From positions 1 to 60,218 of IMG/VR virus record IMGVR_UViG_3300036985_003389: DNA of 60,218 bases; one strand, written 5' to 3'. Below the pieces are notes generated by a model. It saw only the letters and a list, made by a program, of their open reading frames with translations, ran no database searches and was not told the DNA's origin. The position numbers were made by a program, and so were the translations under genes. Source of the stretch: a virus (lineage: Duplodnaviria > Caudoviricetes). Shown here in pieces: positions 49,098-57,868 of the stretch; positions within the stretch are counted from its first letter, which is position 1; each line of letters begins with the position of its first letter.

Positions 49098-49159
49098 GAA
49101 ATTATATTCCCGGCCGAAAGTGTCATGTGGTTTATCCTGGCACTTGTTGGAATGGTTTT

Positions 49160-50752
49160 CTAACGTCTACTGCCCCAACGACCACCGGGCGGTGTCGTGT
49201 TGTACGTTCCCGGCCGCGTGTGCCGGCCATGCGCGATCTTGGCGGCGCGAATAACTGACGATGATGCCCATGCCATAACAACCACGTCGGCCTTGCCGGG
49301 CGAGCGCCCCAGCCGCTTTCGCAGGTTCTCCTTGGGCTCGACCAGGATCAGGCTGCGCTGCTCGAGCGCGCGCGGATCATAGGTCGGTGCCGTCAGGTCC
49401 GCCCGCAGCTCGGCATCGGGCGGTAATGCGATCTCTGACCCGCCAGACTGGCTCGGGTCCAGTGCCTCCCGGAAACGCCAGAACGCCTCAGCCCGCTTGT
49501 TCGCGAACTGGAGGTTGGAGTCCTTGGTCCGCCCATGCCCGGCCGCGGCGCCATTGAAGCGCTCGAAAGGCACCTCGTTGTCGCCAAGCCGTGTCAAGAT
49601 CGCACCGGCATAGCCGCCACCGGCATCGACGATGACCGGCGCATTGTCCCGACGGTTCAGGAAGATCGCCGCGGCCGCACCTTGCGCGCCGCTTGTCTTC
49701 TCGCCCTGCGCGCTGATGATCTCGCTGAACCACCAGCCATGCCGCCAGATCAGTTCCTCACTGTCCTTGCCGCCACCGGCCGGGTCCAGTGACATAACCG
49801 TCATGTCGTGCGCCTTGTGGCCGTCCGGCTTCCAGCGCGACTGGGCAGCAACAACCCACTCGGTCGGGATGACCTGCCACTCGGCATCCTGGCGCATGGC
49901 CATGAAATTGCCGTCACGGATGGCACTGCGCAGCGGCTCGGGCAGGCCGTCCAGCTTGGCCTCGTAGTCGGTGTTGGCCAGGAACGGGTTGTCTGCCGTC
50001 TTGGCGGGAATGAACGACCGCGACATCGGCTTGACCGGACGATCGGCGCCGGGCAGCTGAATCGGCTTGGGCCCGTCGACTTCGAGATCGGTTCCGTCCG
50101 GTGCCGTCACGAACCAGCGCAGATCGCCCGGTTTGGCCGGCTTCGGATGCGTCAGATCCAGCCATGGCCGGAACATCTTGATGATAAAATCACCGTCGGC
50201 ACTGATCGGCGGATTGGAACCTATGACCGCCCGGCATCTGATATTCTCACCATCAGCCGGACGAAGCCAACCTAAATGAAATCGAATTTGGCTTTCAAGA
50301 AACTGTGTTCCCTCGTCGAAATACTTGAAATCAAATGCATGCCCCTGCCAGTCTTCCTCGTCGCCAGGATGTTGGTTGGCACCGAATTGAATATACCGGC
50401 CGTCCTTCGTGCGAAGCAATGGGGGTGGACTGCCGTTGAAACCATCCCGATTGCCATTTATTTTCACGGCTCGCTCGGTTAATGCTGACAGATTGGCGTA
50501 TCGCCTACGCAGTATCAGAGAGCGTTTATGGGCTGTGAATGCAAGGCCAAGACCAAGATCACTCTTACCGCCCCCTCCCGCGCCGCCATACAAGAGAATA
50601 TCGGCCTTGCTGAAATACGCATCCGTCTGCGCGCCTGGATTTGGTATCCACTGCATGTCGGCAGTGGCATCCATGGCCATTTTCTCGATGGCCTTCCGCT
50701 CATCTGCCGGCATGGCCGTCAGCTTGGCGGTGATCTCCTCAAGCAGCCCCAT
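49160..50752 (-). CDS. Terminase large subunit
   Basis: LYGGAGGGGKS (Walker A), FDEGTQF, SNPP, DNPFL, LDPAGGGKD and LGRSPGKAD. Confidence 0.93.
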   Translation of the reverse strand: MGLLEEITAKLTAMPADERKAIEKMAMDATADMQWIPNPGAQTDAYFSKADILLYGGAGGGGKSDLGLGLAFTAHKRSLILRRRYANLSALTERAVKINGNRDGFNGSPPPLLRTKDGRYIQFGANQHPGDEEDWQGHAFDFKYFDEGTQFLESQIRFHLGWLRPADGENIRCRAVIGSNPPISADGDFIIKMFRPWLDLTHPKPAKPGDLRWFVTAPDGTDLEVDGPKPIQLPGADRPVKPMSRSFIPAKTADNPFLANTDYEAKLDGLPEPLRSAIRDGNFMAMRQDAEWQVIPTEWVVAAQSRWKPDGHKAHDMTVMSLDPAGGGKDSEELIWRHGWWFSEIISAQGEKTSGAQGAAAAIFLNRRDNAPVIVDAGGGYAGAILTRLGDNEVPFERFNGAAAGHGRTKDSNLQFANKRAEAFWRFREALDPSQSGGSEIALPPDAELRADLTAPTYDPRALEQRSLILVEPKENLRKRLGRSPGKADVVVMAWASSSVIRAAKIAHGRHTRPGTYNTTPPGGRWGSRR

Positions 50753-51287
50753 CAGCCTCGATCACTTCGGCCGGATCAGCATTGGCCCGTATGAGCGCAA
50801 AAGCCATGCGCCGGGCGAGCTCGGTCGGATTGGTAACGCTCTCGGTTTGGATGGGCCCGCCATCCTTGCCGACGAGCTCGTTCACGACACGATCGCCGTA
50901 GTCGTCACGAAACATGGACTTCATGTTGCCGAGCCAAAGCGAGGTATTGAAATTGCGATCCTGCAAACCGTCATGGCCGCGCCGCTCCCAATAAGCTTGG
51001 CTAAGAGTGCGGGCGCGCGTGAGAGCGTCAGAAAAGTTTTTGTGTTGCTTGGACCAATCGGTGATTGTTTGCTTGGAGACGCCAATCTCGGCAGCCATTC
51101 TCGCTTGGCTGTAGCCCTGGCATCCCAGCCCTATGATGTCCTCGCAGAAATGGGCTCGATATGTCGGCGGTCGGCCCATGGGGCGCTTGATGGCAACTGA
51201 CGGCAACGGCTCATACGGCAATGTGCCCTCAACCTCGAACTTGATGGGCTCGTCTTCCTCTTGCTCTGGCTCGCGGGGGCTTGCCAT
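50739..51287 (-). CDS. Terminase small subunit
   Basis: GRPPTY..HTH (IGVSKQTITDW)..ELVGKDGGPIQ; overlaps terL. Confidence 0.85.
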   Translation of the reverse strand: MASPREPEQEEDEPIKFEVEGTLPYEPLPSVAIKRPMGRPPTYRAHFCEDIIGLGCQGYSQARMAAEIGVSKQTITDWSKQHKNFSDALTRARTLSQAYWERRGHDGLQDRNFNTSLWLGNMKSMFRDDYGDRVVNELVGKDGGPIQTESVTNPTELARRMAFALIRANADPAEVIEADGAA

Positions 51288-51291
51288 GGGT

Positions 51292-51540
51292 TTACTCCGG
51301 GAACTGCTGTCGATACTTGGCCAACAGCTTGTTGGCCTCGTCTGGGCCGAACGCCCACTTGGCGATGATGGCGTTGATCGTCTCGTCACAGGGACGGCAC
51401 ACGGCGGTATAGGCATTGGTGCAGCAGATGCGCCACTGGTGGTGGGATGGGGAGCCGCACTTGACGCATGGAATGCGGGATATGCCCCGCTCGGTATAGG
51501 GGGTTCGTCGCTTGTGAGATCGTGGCGTGTGTTTGATCAT
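51292..51540 (-). CDS. Small Cys-rich (Zn-finger-like) protein
   Basis: CVKC..CC..CRPC; coupled to the upstream ORF. Confidence 0.6.
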   Translation of the reverse strand: MIKHTPRSHKRRTPYTERGISRIPCVKCGSPSHHQWRICCTNAYTAVCRPCDETINAIIAKWAFGPDEANKLLAKYRQQFPE

Positions 51541-51920
51541 CAATGGCGCGTCGGTGACTTCCAGCGGCCTGTCAGGACGAGATGGGCTTTGAGGGGTGGG
51601 GTGAGCTTGACGACGCAGGGATAGAACAGCCAGTTGGGTGTGCGCTGGAAGGCTTTGCGACCGAAGTGAGCGAAGACAAAGGCGATGCGACCTTGTGCGT
51701 GGTACTCTTGGACGAGAACGGTCTGCTCGGTGAATGATGGGGCTGAGATACTGGCCTTGCGAAAGACCTGATCGGCTCGACGGCAGGCCTCGGCCCAGAT
51801 CGGCGTGTCCGCCCACTTGGAGAGGGGCACGATCACGTAATCCTGGCCGAGCGCATCGAGTGTCTCGCCGGCTTGATGGTCGAGAGGCGGCTTGTTGCGG
51901 TTAACGGTGGCCTCGATCAT
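51540..51920 (-). CDS. Hypothetical protein
   Basis: ORF in the operon chain; start chosen at MIEAT. Confidence 0.45.
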   Translation of the reverse strand: MIEATVNRNKPPLDHQAGETLDALGQDYVIVPLSKWADTPIWAEACRRADQVFRKASISAPSFTEQTVLVQEYHAQGRIAFVFAHFGRKAFQRTPNWLFYPCVVKLTPPLKAHLVLTGRWKSPTRH

Positions 51921-51963
51921 GGGGTGACCGCCTTCGTGTAGTTGGTCATGTGGCTTGCTGGGC

Positions 51964-52311
51964 TCATGGCTGCAACGGCAAGTGCACGAATACCTCGGCA
52001 CAGGCCCTGCGATTTGGACCTTCCTGCTCGGCAGTAATGGCTTCGATGCGGCCGAGGTGGTTGACCACGGCCATGACGTGGCACGTACCGAGACCGAACC
52101 CTACATCCCAATGGATACGCCGGTAGCCGGCACCGCTCGGCTCAGCCTGGCCCTTACCCCACTTGCGCTGCACGTCGGAGACGTGCTGACCGATGTACCA
52201 CTGCGCCGCTTCGTTCGGCTCGTCCGTGGGTGGCGTGGTGCAGGACGTCATGACCAGCGTGGCCATAACAGCATAGAGCGATACGAGGCACTGAGGGGCG
52301 ATCTCGATCAC
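51964..52311 (-). CDS. Putative lipoprotein
   Basis: Hydrophobic leader ending VMTSC, then YIGQHVSDVQRKWG. Confidence 0.5.
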   Translation of the reverse strand: MIEIAPQCLVSLYAVMATLVMTSCTTPPTDEPNEAAQWYIGQHVSDVQRKWGKGQAEPSGAGYRRIHWDVGFGLGTCHVMAVVNHLGRIEAITAEQEGPNRRACAEVFVHLPLQP

Positions 52312-52878
52312 ACGTGCCTCGCAGCAGCAGCGCCGATCAGGATGGCAGCGGCATCGAGAGCCATCTGCTTGGCCTTGGGATCGATTGCCATTCGTGCTCC
52401 TGAATGTTCCGGACGGCGCCGCGGTCCAACATGTTGCAGCCAGAGCGCAGCGCCGTCATACAGATCCCCCCGGACCTGTATCTATGGATTGGGTTGGCCT
52501 ACCTGATGAGGTGGCTGATGAGATTGGCGACCTGATAGCCGCATGCAATGACGAGGATGGCGAGCAGCAGCCAGATCCCGGCAATCAATTCTTGCCGTCT
52601 ATGGATGCTCGGCGCCGACGATCGCGCGGCACAATCGTGTCGACGTAATCGGGATGGTGCAGCCATGTGCGGCCCGGGACATCCGTGACGCGCTCGATAC
52701 GCAAGTCGGCCAGCAATCGCGCCACGTCCTGCTCGCGCCGTTCAGGCGTCACCTTGGCGCTGGCCGCGGCAATGATCGCCTGTAAAATTGTGGTTGGCTC
52801 AGCCGCTGCTGGCATCGATCCGCCCCAGATTGCCGCCAGTAATATCGGCGCCGGCTGCTCAGGCGCCTCTCCCCCGAG

Positions 52879-53550
52879 CTAGTTGAGCTTGAAGCTGATG
52901 CCGGCACGAATGACGGTATCGGCCTGGCCGATGGTCGCCGTCTCGCCGGCCAGCGTGAACTTCTCGTCCGACCATGCGTAATGCAGCCCTTCCAGGCGCA
53001 GCGTGACCGTGTTGGTCAGTGCCGCCTCGATACCGGCGCCGACCACGAGGCCGACAACGTAGGCCTTGTCGCTGGCGTTGATGCCCTGGTCGTCGACCTT
53101 GAGCACGGACTCCTGCATAGCCAGGCCGCCGGTGCCATAGATCAGCGCCAGACCAATCGGAACGCCGAGCCGGGCGCGGGCACTGGCCATCCAGCGATTG
53201 GACATCGTGACCGTCGTAGAGCCGTCCGTGATGGACGGCTTCACATCGCGCAACATGCCGTCCAGCTCGAGGCCGTAGTAGAGGCCGCCGGCCACGACAC
53301 CCCAGCCGATGTAGAGGCCACCGAACGCACCATCATCGGCAATGCTCGGCATCTCCGACGTCTTGAGCGACGACGCATTGAGACCACCAGTCACGCCGAT
53401 ATAGCCACCGTCATGCATGCTGCCGATCGACTCGGCCGTCGGTGCGGCGCCGGTCGCCAGCATGGGCTGCTGCTGAGCAATGGCCGGCGTGTTGAACAGC
53501 AGGCATAGGCCGGCACCCGCCAGGATGGCGGCGGTAACGCGCTTGATCAT
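52879..53550 (-). CDS. Outer-membrane beta-barrel protein (Omp25/RopB-like)
   Basis: Signal peptide, GGYIGVTGG, ASARARLG, LIYGTGGLA, GAGIEAAL, LRLEG and terminal RAGISFKL. Confidence 0.85.
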   Translation of the reverse strand: MIKRVTAAILAGAGLCLLFNTPAIAQQQPMLATGAAPTAESIGSMHDGGYIGVTGGLNASSLKTSEMPSIADDGAFGGLYIGWGVVAGGLYYGLELDGMLRDVKPSITDGSTTVTMSNRWMASARARLGVPIGLALIYGTGGLAMQESVLKVDDQGINASDKAYVVGLVVGAGIEAALTNTVTLRLEGLHYAWSDEKFTLAGETATIGQADTVIRAGISFKLN

Positions 53551-53642
53551 GGTACCCCCCTCGAGATGAACCGATCAGAGAAACAGCGAGACGCCCAAGG
53601 CGACCGCGCCACCGTAAAGGGCGGCATCTGGCCCCCTCGTCT

Positions 53643-53954
53643 TCAAGATCCGCCAAGCATGGCTCCACCCGCCTTCTCGAGCAGCTGAGCCCCCTTGCCG
53701 CTGACGAGCCCGGATTGCGCGACGACGAGCATGAGCATCCCCCCAGCTGCCTTCAGGAGGCTGACCGCCATCTCCACCCGCCGGAGGCGATCCTGATGCT
53801 CCCGCAGGCCATGCAGCAGGGTCGAATGATCCCGCATTTGGCGCTCGATCGCCGTCAGCCGGCCAGCCTGTGTCTGACTGTCCCGGCGCAGGTAGGAAAC
53901 GTGCACCTCCTGCCGGGCCAGCGAGGCCGTGGTCTGGTGATCGTCCCGGCTCAT
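53643..53954 (-). CDS. Coiled-coil plus C-terminal TM protein (holin/antiholin candidate)
   Basis: RLTAIER..RLRRVE coil followed by a hydrophobic helix. Confidence 0.45.
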   Translation of the reverse strand: MSRDDHQTTASLARQEVHVSYLRRDSQTQAGRLTAIERQMRDHSTLLHGLREHQDRLRRVEMAVSLLKAAGGMLMLVVAQSGLVSGKGAQLLEKAGGAMLGGS

Positions 53955-54104
53955 CGTCAGTGACCGTTACAAGCCGGCAATGCGCAGCAGACTGACGAGA
54001 CATGGATTGACAACTCCAGCGATGAGGATCTTGGCCGTCATTCCCCACCCCCAACGCAAAATGGCCCGCGATTCACATCGGGGCCACCTACTATTTCTCG
54101 ATCC

Positions 54105-54140
54105 TGCCGAATCTTGAACATAATCTATCGATGCGGTCAA
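54105..54140 (-). promoter_or_regulatory. Candidate late-operon sigma70-type promoter
   Basis: TTGACC (54140-54135) with CAAGAT 18 nt downstream, in an AT-richer gap ahead of the ~46-kb - strand gene run. Confidence 0.35.
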
Positions 54141-54323
54141 TACCTTAATCGCGCACGGGCCAGTCTGGGGGCCTGTAGCCTGCCAGATACGCCTCTATGA
54201 AACGCCGCTGCGCCCCGCGAATTTCCCTGGACGACGCTTATCGGGTTACATGACGCGGGCGCGAGCTATCGTCTCCCCGTCACACGCGAATACAGTGATT
54301 TGGTGAATCGTGTCTAGACGCAT

Positions 54324-54599
54324 TTACGCCTCAGTTGAGGACAATCGCGCTTTCTTGCTTTCGAAATAGCCGAAGCCCTCGCACGCGTCGCAGAACTCGG
54401 GGTGGCCCTCCGAGTCGATGCGATCCACCTGATGCCCATCGCAGACGGGGCAGACCGAGAGCCCGTGCTGCTCCACCACGTCGCAAAGCTTGGAATCCAC
54501 GAAGTTGCTCAGGCTCCGTCGGTCCATGACCGCGAGCTTTTTCAGTGCGTCCCTGAGTCCGGGACGCAGCCGCATTGAGAAGGGTGTTGTCTGTTTCAT
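54324..54599 (-). CDS. Ribbon-helix-helix (Arc-like) regulator with C-terminal Zn ribbon
   Basis: PFSMRLRPGLRDALKKLAVMDRRSLSNFV followed by CPVC..CDAC. Confidence 0.8.
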   Translation of the reverse strand: MKQTTPFSMRLRPGLRDALKKLAVMDRRSLSNFVDSKLCDVVEQHGLSVCPVCDGHQVDRIDSEGHPEFCDACEGFGYFESKKARLSSTEA

Positions 54600-54608
54600 G
54601 TACTCATT

Positions 54609-54684
54609 GTAGCGCATTTGATTGCGTTTGCCATGCACGAATATGTGAACGTAGCGCCGTTGATACGTAGCGCAATGTAGCGCA
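54609..54684. promoter_or_regulatory. Four GTAGCGC direct repeats in a divergent intergenic region (putative RHH operator)
   Basis: tGTAGCGCa (~54609), cGTAGCGCc (~54651), cGTAGCGCa (~54667) and tGTAGCGCa (~54677). Confidence 0.6.
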
Positions 54685-54704
54685 TATTGGTTACGTCAAC
54701 TGAC

Positions 54705-54745
54705 GGGCTGCATCGGTTTTGATCGCACCAATGCAGCCCTTTTTT
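54705..54745 (+). terminator. Intrinsic terminator-like hairpin in the leader of the 54781 gene
   Basis: gggctgcatcggt-loop-accaatgcagccc followed by TTTTTT. Confidence 0.65.
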
Positions 54746-54780
54746 AAACCCCACCACCTGAGGCAACAGGAGATAGAGCT

Positions 54781-55698
54781 ATGTCTACCGAATACCGCTG
54801 GACGCATGCCGTTGCAACCGGGCTCGCATGCGGAGCCATTGCTTATCAAACCGCCGTCATCTGGGAACAGCTAATCGGCGTCTCGACGACAACCAAGATG
54901 GGCGTGCCACTGGCTACCGTCTCGGCCGCCCTACTGCCGGTGCTGGCCGAGGCCGCATGGCGCGGTGGCGAGCGCACCAAGGCGCTGTTGCTGGGCCTGC
55001 CGGTGCTGGTCCTGCTGGCCTTCGTGCTGCCGTCTGGCATCAGTCGGCTGGGTGAAGTCCAGGAGGCCCGCGTCTCGGCAGCCGTCGTCGGACAGGCCGA
55101 TCAGGCTAAGGCCCGCTCCGATCTAACCAAGGCCGACAAACTGGTTACCCAGGCTGAAGGATGGGTGGCGAGCGAATGCGGATCGGGTGCCGGTCCGAAG
55201 TGCAAGGGCGTCACCTACACGCTGAACCAGCGACAGGCCTACCAGCGCGAACTCGCGGCAAAGGTCGAGGGCAGCAGCCCCGTCACGACGCCCTGGCTGC
55301 CGGCGTGGCACCCGGCGCTGCTGCCGATCGGCCTCGAGATCGCAATCCTGGCCAGCCTGTTCTACGGCATGGGCCCGCTCACACGAGTTCAGGCTGCCGC
55401 GGCGATTGCCTTCCCGACTCCGGTCGAAAGTTCTTCGGCCTTGGCCAATCCAGTGCCCGGAACTTTTTTCGCCATTACTGAACGGGACTTCGCGGTCGAG
55501 CCGATCACCGAGAAGGAGATCGACGAGATCAAGCGCGTGGTCGGCGCCGAAGGTCTCATGAACAAGGAACTGGCCGCGAAGCTCCAGGTCAGCCAAGGCC
55601 AGTGCAGCAAGCTCGTCACTGCCGCAATCGCCGATGGGAAACTTTCCAAGATCGTCAATCCGGCCAATCGTCGGGCAGTTTTGATCCGCGCTGCCTGA
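54781..55698 (+). CDS. Multi-TM membrane protein with C-terminal winged HTH
   Basis: Four hydrophobic segments, a C..G.GPKC loop and NKELAAKLQVSQGQCSKLV..NPANRRAV (MarR-like). AGGAG RBS. Confidence 0.75.
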   Translation: MSTEYRWTHAVATGLACGAIAYQTAVIWEQLIGVSTTTKMGVPLATVSAALLPVLAEAAWRGGERTKALLLGLPVLVLLAFVLPSGISRLGEVQEARVSAAVVGQADQAKARSDLTKADKLVTQAEGWVASECGSGAGPKCKGVTYTLNQRQAYQRELAAKVEGSSPVTTPWLPAWHPALLPIGLEIAILASLFYGMGPLTRVQAAAAIAFPTPVESSSALANPVPGTFFAITERDFAVEPITEKEIDEIKRVVGAEGLMNKELAAKLQVSQGQCSKLVTAAIADGKLSKIVNPANRRAVLIRAA

Positions 55699-55858
55699 TC
55701 CACGAAAGCTTTCCGGCCGGAATGTTCGGGCCCGATAGGATCATCCTGCCGGGCTCTTTATCCCGTTCATACCTCCGTAACGGTAATCACGACATCATCA
55801 AAGAGTTCCGCATCGTCTGGTTGAGCAAGCCCTAAGGTCGCCGCCAAACAGCCACGCG

Positions 55859-56170
55859 TCATTCCCGGACGATCCGTGACCACACCACCGGCTTAGCCGT
55901 CGCGTCGCGATAGTCTTTCGGCTTCCGGCCACGACCCGCGTAGACCGCGCCAGTCCTGGTATTCACCATCTTGACGGGCTTGGCCTTGCGCTTCGTCGGC
56001 ACCGACGTGGACTTGCCGGGCTTGTTCGACTTCGCGACCTTCGCAGCTTTGGCCGTCGCCGATTTCACAGCCTTGACCTCCTTCGTCTTGGCGATCGGCA
56101 TGGCGACGATCAGGCGCGATTTGAGGTCGCGCATTTCCGCGTAGGAAAGCGTTCGGATATCGATTTTCAT
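55859..56170 (-). CDS. H-NS-like nucleoid-associated protein
   Basis: IDIRTLSYAEMRDL N-terminus, Lys/Ala-rich linker and TGAVYAGRGRKP (H-NS C-terminal motif). Confidence 0.7.
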   Translation of the reverse strand: MKIDIRTLSYAEMRDLKSRLIVAMPIAKTKEVKAVKSATAKAAKVAKSNKPGKSTSVPTKRKAKPVKMVNTRTGAVYAGRGRKPKDYRDATAKPVVWSRIVRE

Positions 56171-56290
56171 GGATACTCCAGTTTCAAAGAAATGCAGCAT
56201 TACCAAAAATTTTTCGACTTGACAATATGTCCGATGTTGACATCCACCGGACATTGATTTTCTGGACCGATATTTCAGGCCGCTATCCGG

Positions 56291-56917
56291 TCATCCTTCG
56301 TCGTAGTGCTGGTGCAGCTGGTAGAGCGCGTCACGCAATGTCGCCATGCCCGCTGCCACGGCCTGAGCACGATTGGCGCACGTCGAACACGCCCGGCCGA
56401 TGTCTTCGAGCGTGTGCGGCAGCGACGTCTCGTGCTTGCTCGTCACGGCCATGACCAGCGCCTTGCGGCCATGTGGGGAACCGATCGATTGCTGAGCTGT
56501 TTCGATGCGCCGGTGTGCGGCTGCCTTGCGCAATTCGCCGATGCCGTCGCCATCCCGCGTGGAGTTGATGCGCTCGCCATAGCTGCCGATGCCGGACGAT
56601 GTCCGATTAGCCACGGCCCAGTCGTGCTCGAATCGGGCGTAGGCCTTCAGGCAATCATCGCTGATCTTGTTGTCGCGGTGCATGGCCTCGACCAATGGCA
56701 CCAGCCGCCACGCCCGGCGTGACCGTGCCTGATTGACCTCGGGCGCGTCGATCAATCCTGCCGCATGTGCGATGCGCTCCCGCATCGGCGACATATCATC
56801 GGGGTCCCGCTCGCGCCGGCCGCGACTGCGAATGCCCAGCTGGTCGCCCTGGATGGCCAGACGCGCCCGGCTTTCACGAACTCGATCAAGCGCGACCTTA
56901 TCAATCGTATTGGTCAT
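56291..56917 (-). CDS. Putative late transcription regulator (DUF6456/Q-like position)
   Basis: C-terminal TLEDIG..LRDALYQL.QHY; last gene of the replication operon. Confidence 0.55.
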   Translation of the reverse strand: MTNTIDKVALDRVRESRARLAIQGDQLGIRSRGRRERDPDDMSPMRERIAHAAGLIDAPEVNQARSRRAWRLVPLVEAMHRDNKISDDCLKAYARFEHDWAVANRTSSGIGSYGERINSTRDGDGIGELRKAAAHRRIETAQQSIGSPHGRKALVMAVTSKHETSLPHTLEDIGRACSTCANRAQAVAAGMATLRDALYQLHQHYDEG

Positions 56918-56969
56918 TCGATCCCCCAGTTTTCCGCAGTTTCCCGCTGTGCGTGATCCCCCGTGACGG

Positions 56970-57647
56970 CTATTTCATTGGATGGCCTCCTTCTTCCCAG
57001 GCCGACATGGCGACTGGCACGATTAACGTGGCCAGCTCGCGCATCGCGTTCGCGTAGACCCTGATCTCGTACTGAGCGTGCTCGTCACACCGCAGCGTCA
57101 GGAACTTCATCAGGTTGAGCAGATCAACCGTCGCGAACATATGACTGTAGGTGGCAACGGGCAGCACCGACCGGGCCAACTCGCGTGGAACACCCAGAGC
57201 GAACAACTCCTTGTACTTCCTGAATGCGTTGCGGCAAGCAGCATCAATGACCGCCGCAGCCTCGACGTTGTTACCGACGAACACGCGGCCCTGCTTGTTG
57301 TCCTTGGCCTGCTTTCCGATCACGGACCCATCTGGGACGTAGTATTCCTCCGGCAGTTCCCGGTATCTGGCACTCAGTTCGTTGAAGCTCCACGTCCGAT
57401 GACGATGCCATTGCCGGAAAACGAAGATCGGCGCCTTTACTTCAAACGTGAACGTCACCGCCTCGAACGGCGTGGTGTGGTGGTTCTTCCACAGATACCG
57501 GATCAGCTTTTCATCACTGCCTTGATCCTCGCCGGCACGCCACGCGGCATCATAGGACACGCGCGCCGCACGGGAAATGGACAGATCAGAGCCCATGTGA
57601 TCCACGAGGCGCACGAAGCCATGATCCAGAACGTCGATTTTCTTCAT
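56970..57647 (-). CDS. thyX: Flavin-dependent thymidylate synthase
   Basis: AARVSY, HTTPFE, RQWHRHRTWSFNELSARY, ELARSVLP and HAQYEIR. Confidence 0.96.
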   Translation of the reverse strand: MKKIDVLDHGFVRLVDHMGSDLSISRAARVSYDAAWRAGEDQGSDEKLIRYLWKNHHTTPFEAVTFTFEVKAPIFVFRQWHRHRTWSFNELSARYRELPEEYYVPDGSVIGKQAKDNKQGRVFVGNNVEAAAVIDAACRNAFRKYKELFALGVPRELARSVLPVATYSHMFATVDLLNLMKFLTLRCDEHAQYEIRVYANAMRELATLIVPVAMSAWEEGGHPMK

Positions 57648-57865
57648 TTCGCCTCTCCGGCCAAGTTGGCAATCTCGCGGTCCAGATACCAGCGCGCCTT
57701 GCGGAGGTCCTCTAGGTGATTGCCCTTCTTCCCGGCCCGGCTCACGTACTTGACCGTATTGCCGAGATTAAAGCCAAGCCCCCACGCCTCAATGACTTTG
57801 ATGGCTTCGTAGGGATTATCGGCTCCGCCATAATGGGGCGGATGGTCTACTGTTTCTTTATTCAC
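57644..57865 (-). CDS. DUF3310-family protein
   Basis: VDHPPHY..EAIKVI..FNLGNTVKYVSRAGKK..EDLRKARWYL. Confidence 0.9.
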   Translation of the reverse strand: MNKETVDHPPHYGGADNPYEAIKVIEAWGLGFNLGNTVKYVSRAGKKGNHLEDLRKARWYLDREIANLAGEAK

Positions 57866-57868
57866 GAC

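Noticed and set aside
53575-54054. 159-aa ORF overlapping the 53643-53954 gene
   Set aside because: Mostly off-frame-like composition. Only the last ~25 aa are hydrophobic, which is insufficient to call a gene.
56219-56252. + strand TTGACA promoter within an atgtccg...cggacat inverted repeat
   Set aside because: No clear -10 at proper spacing and no + strand gene downstream. It could be a hairpin or operator but is unsupported.
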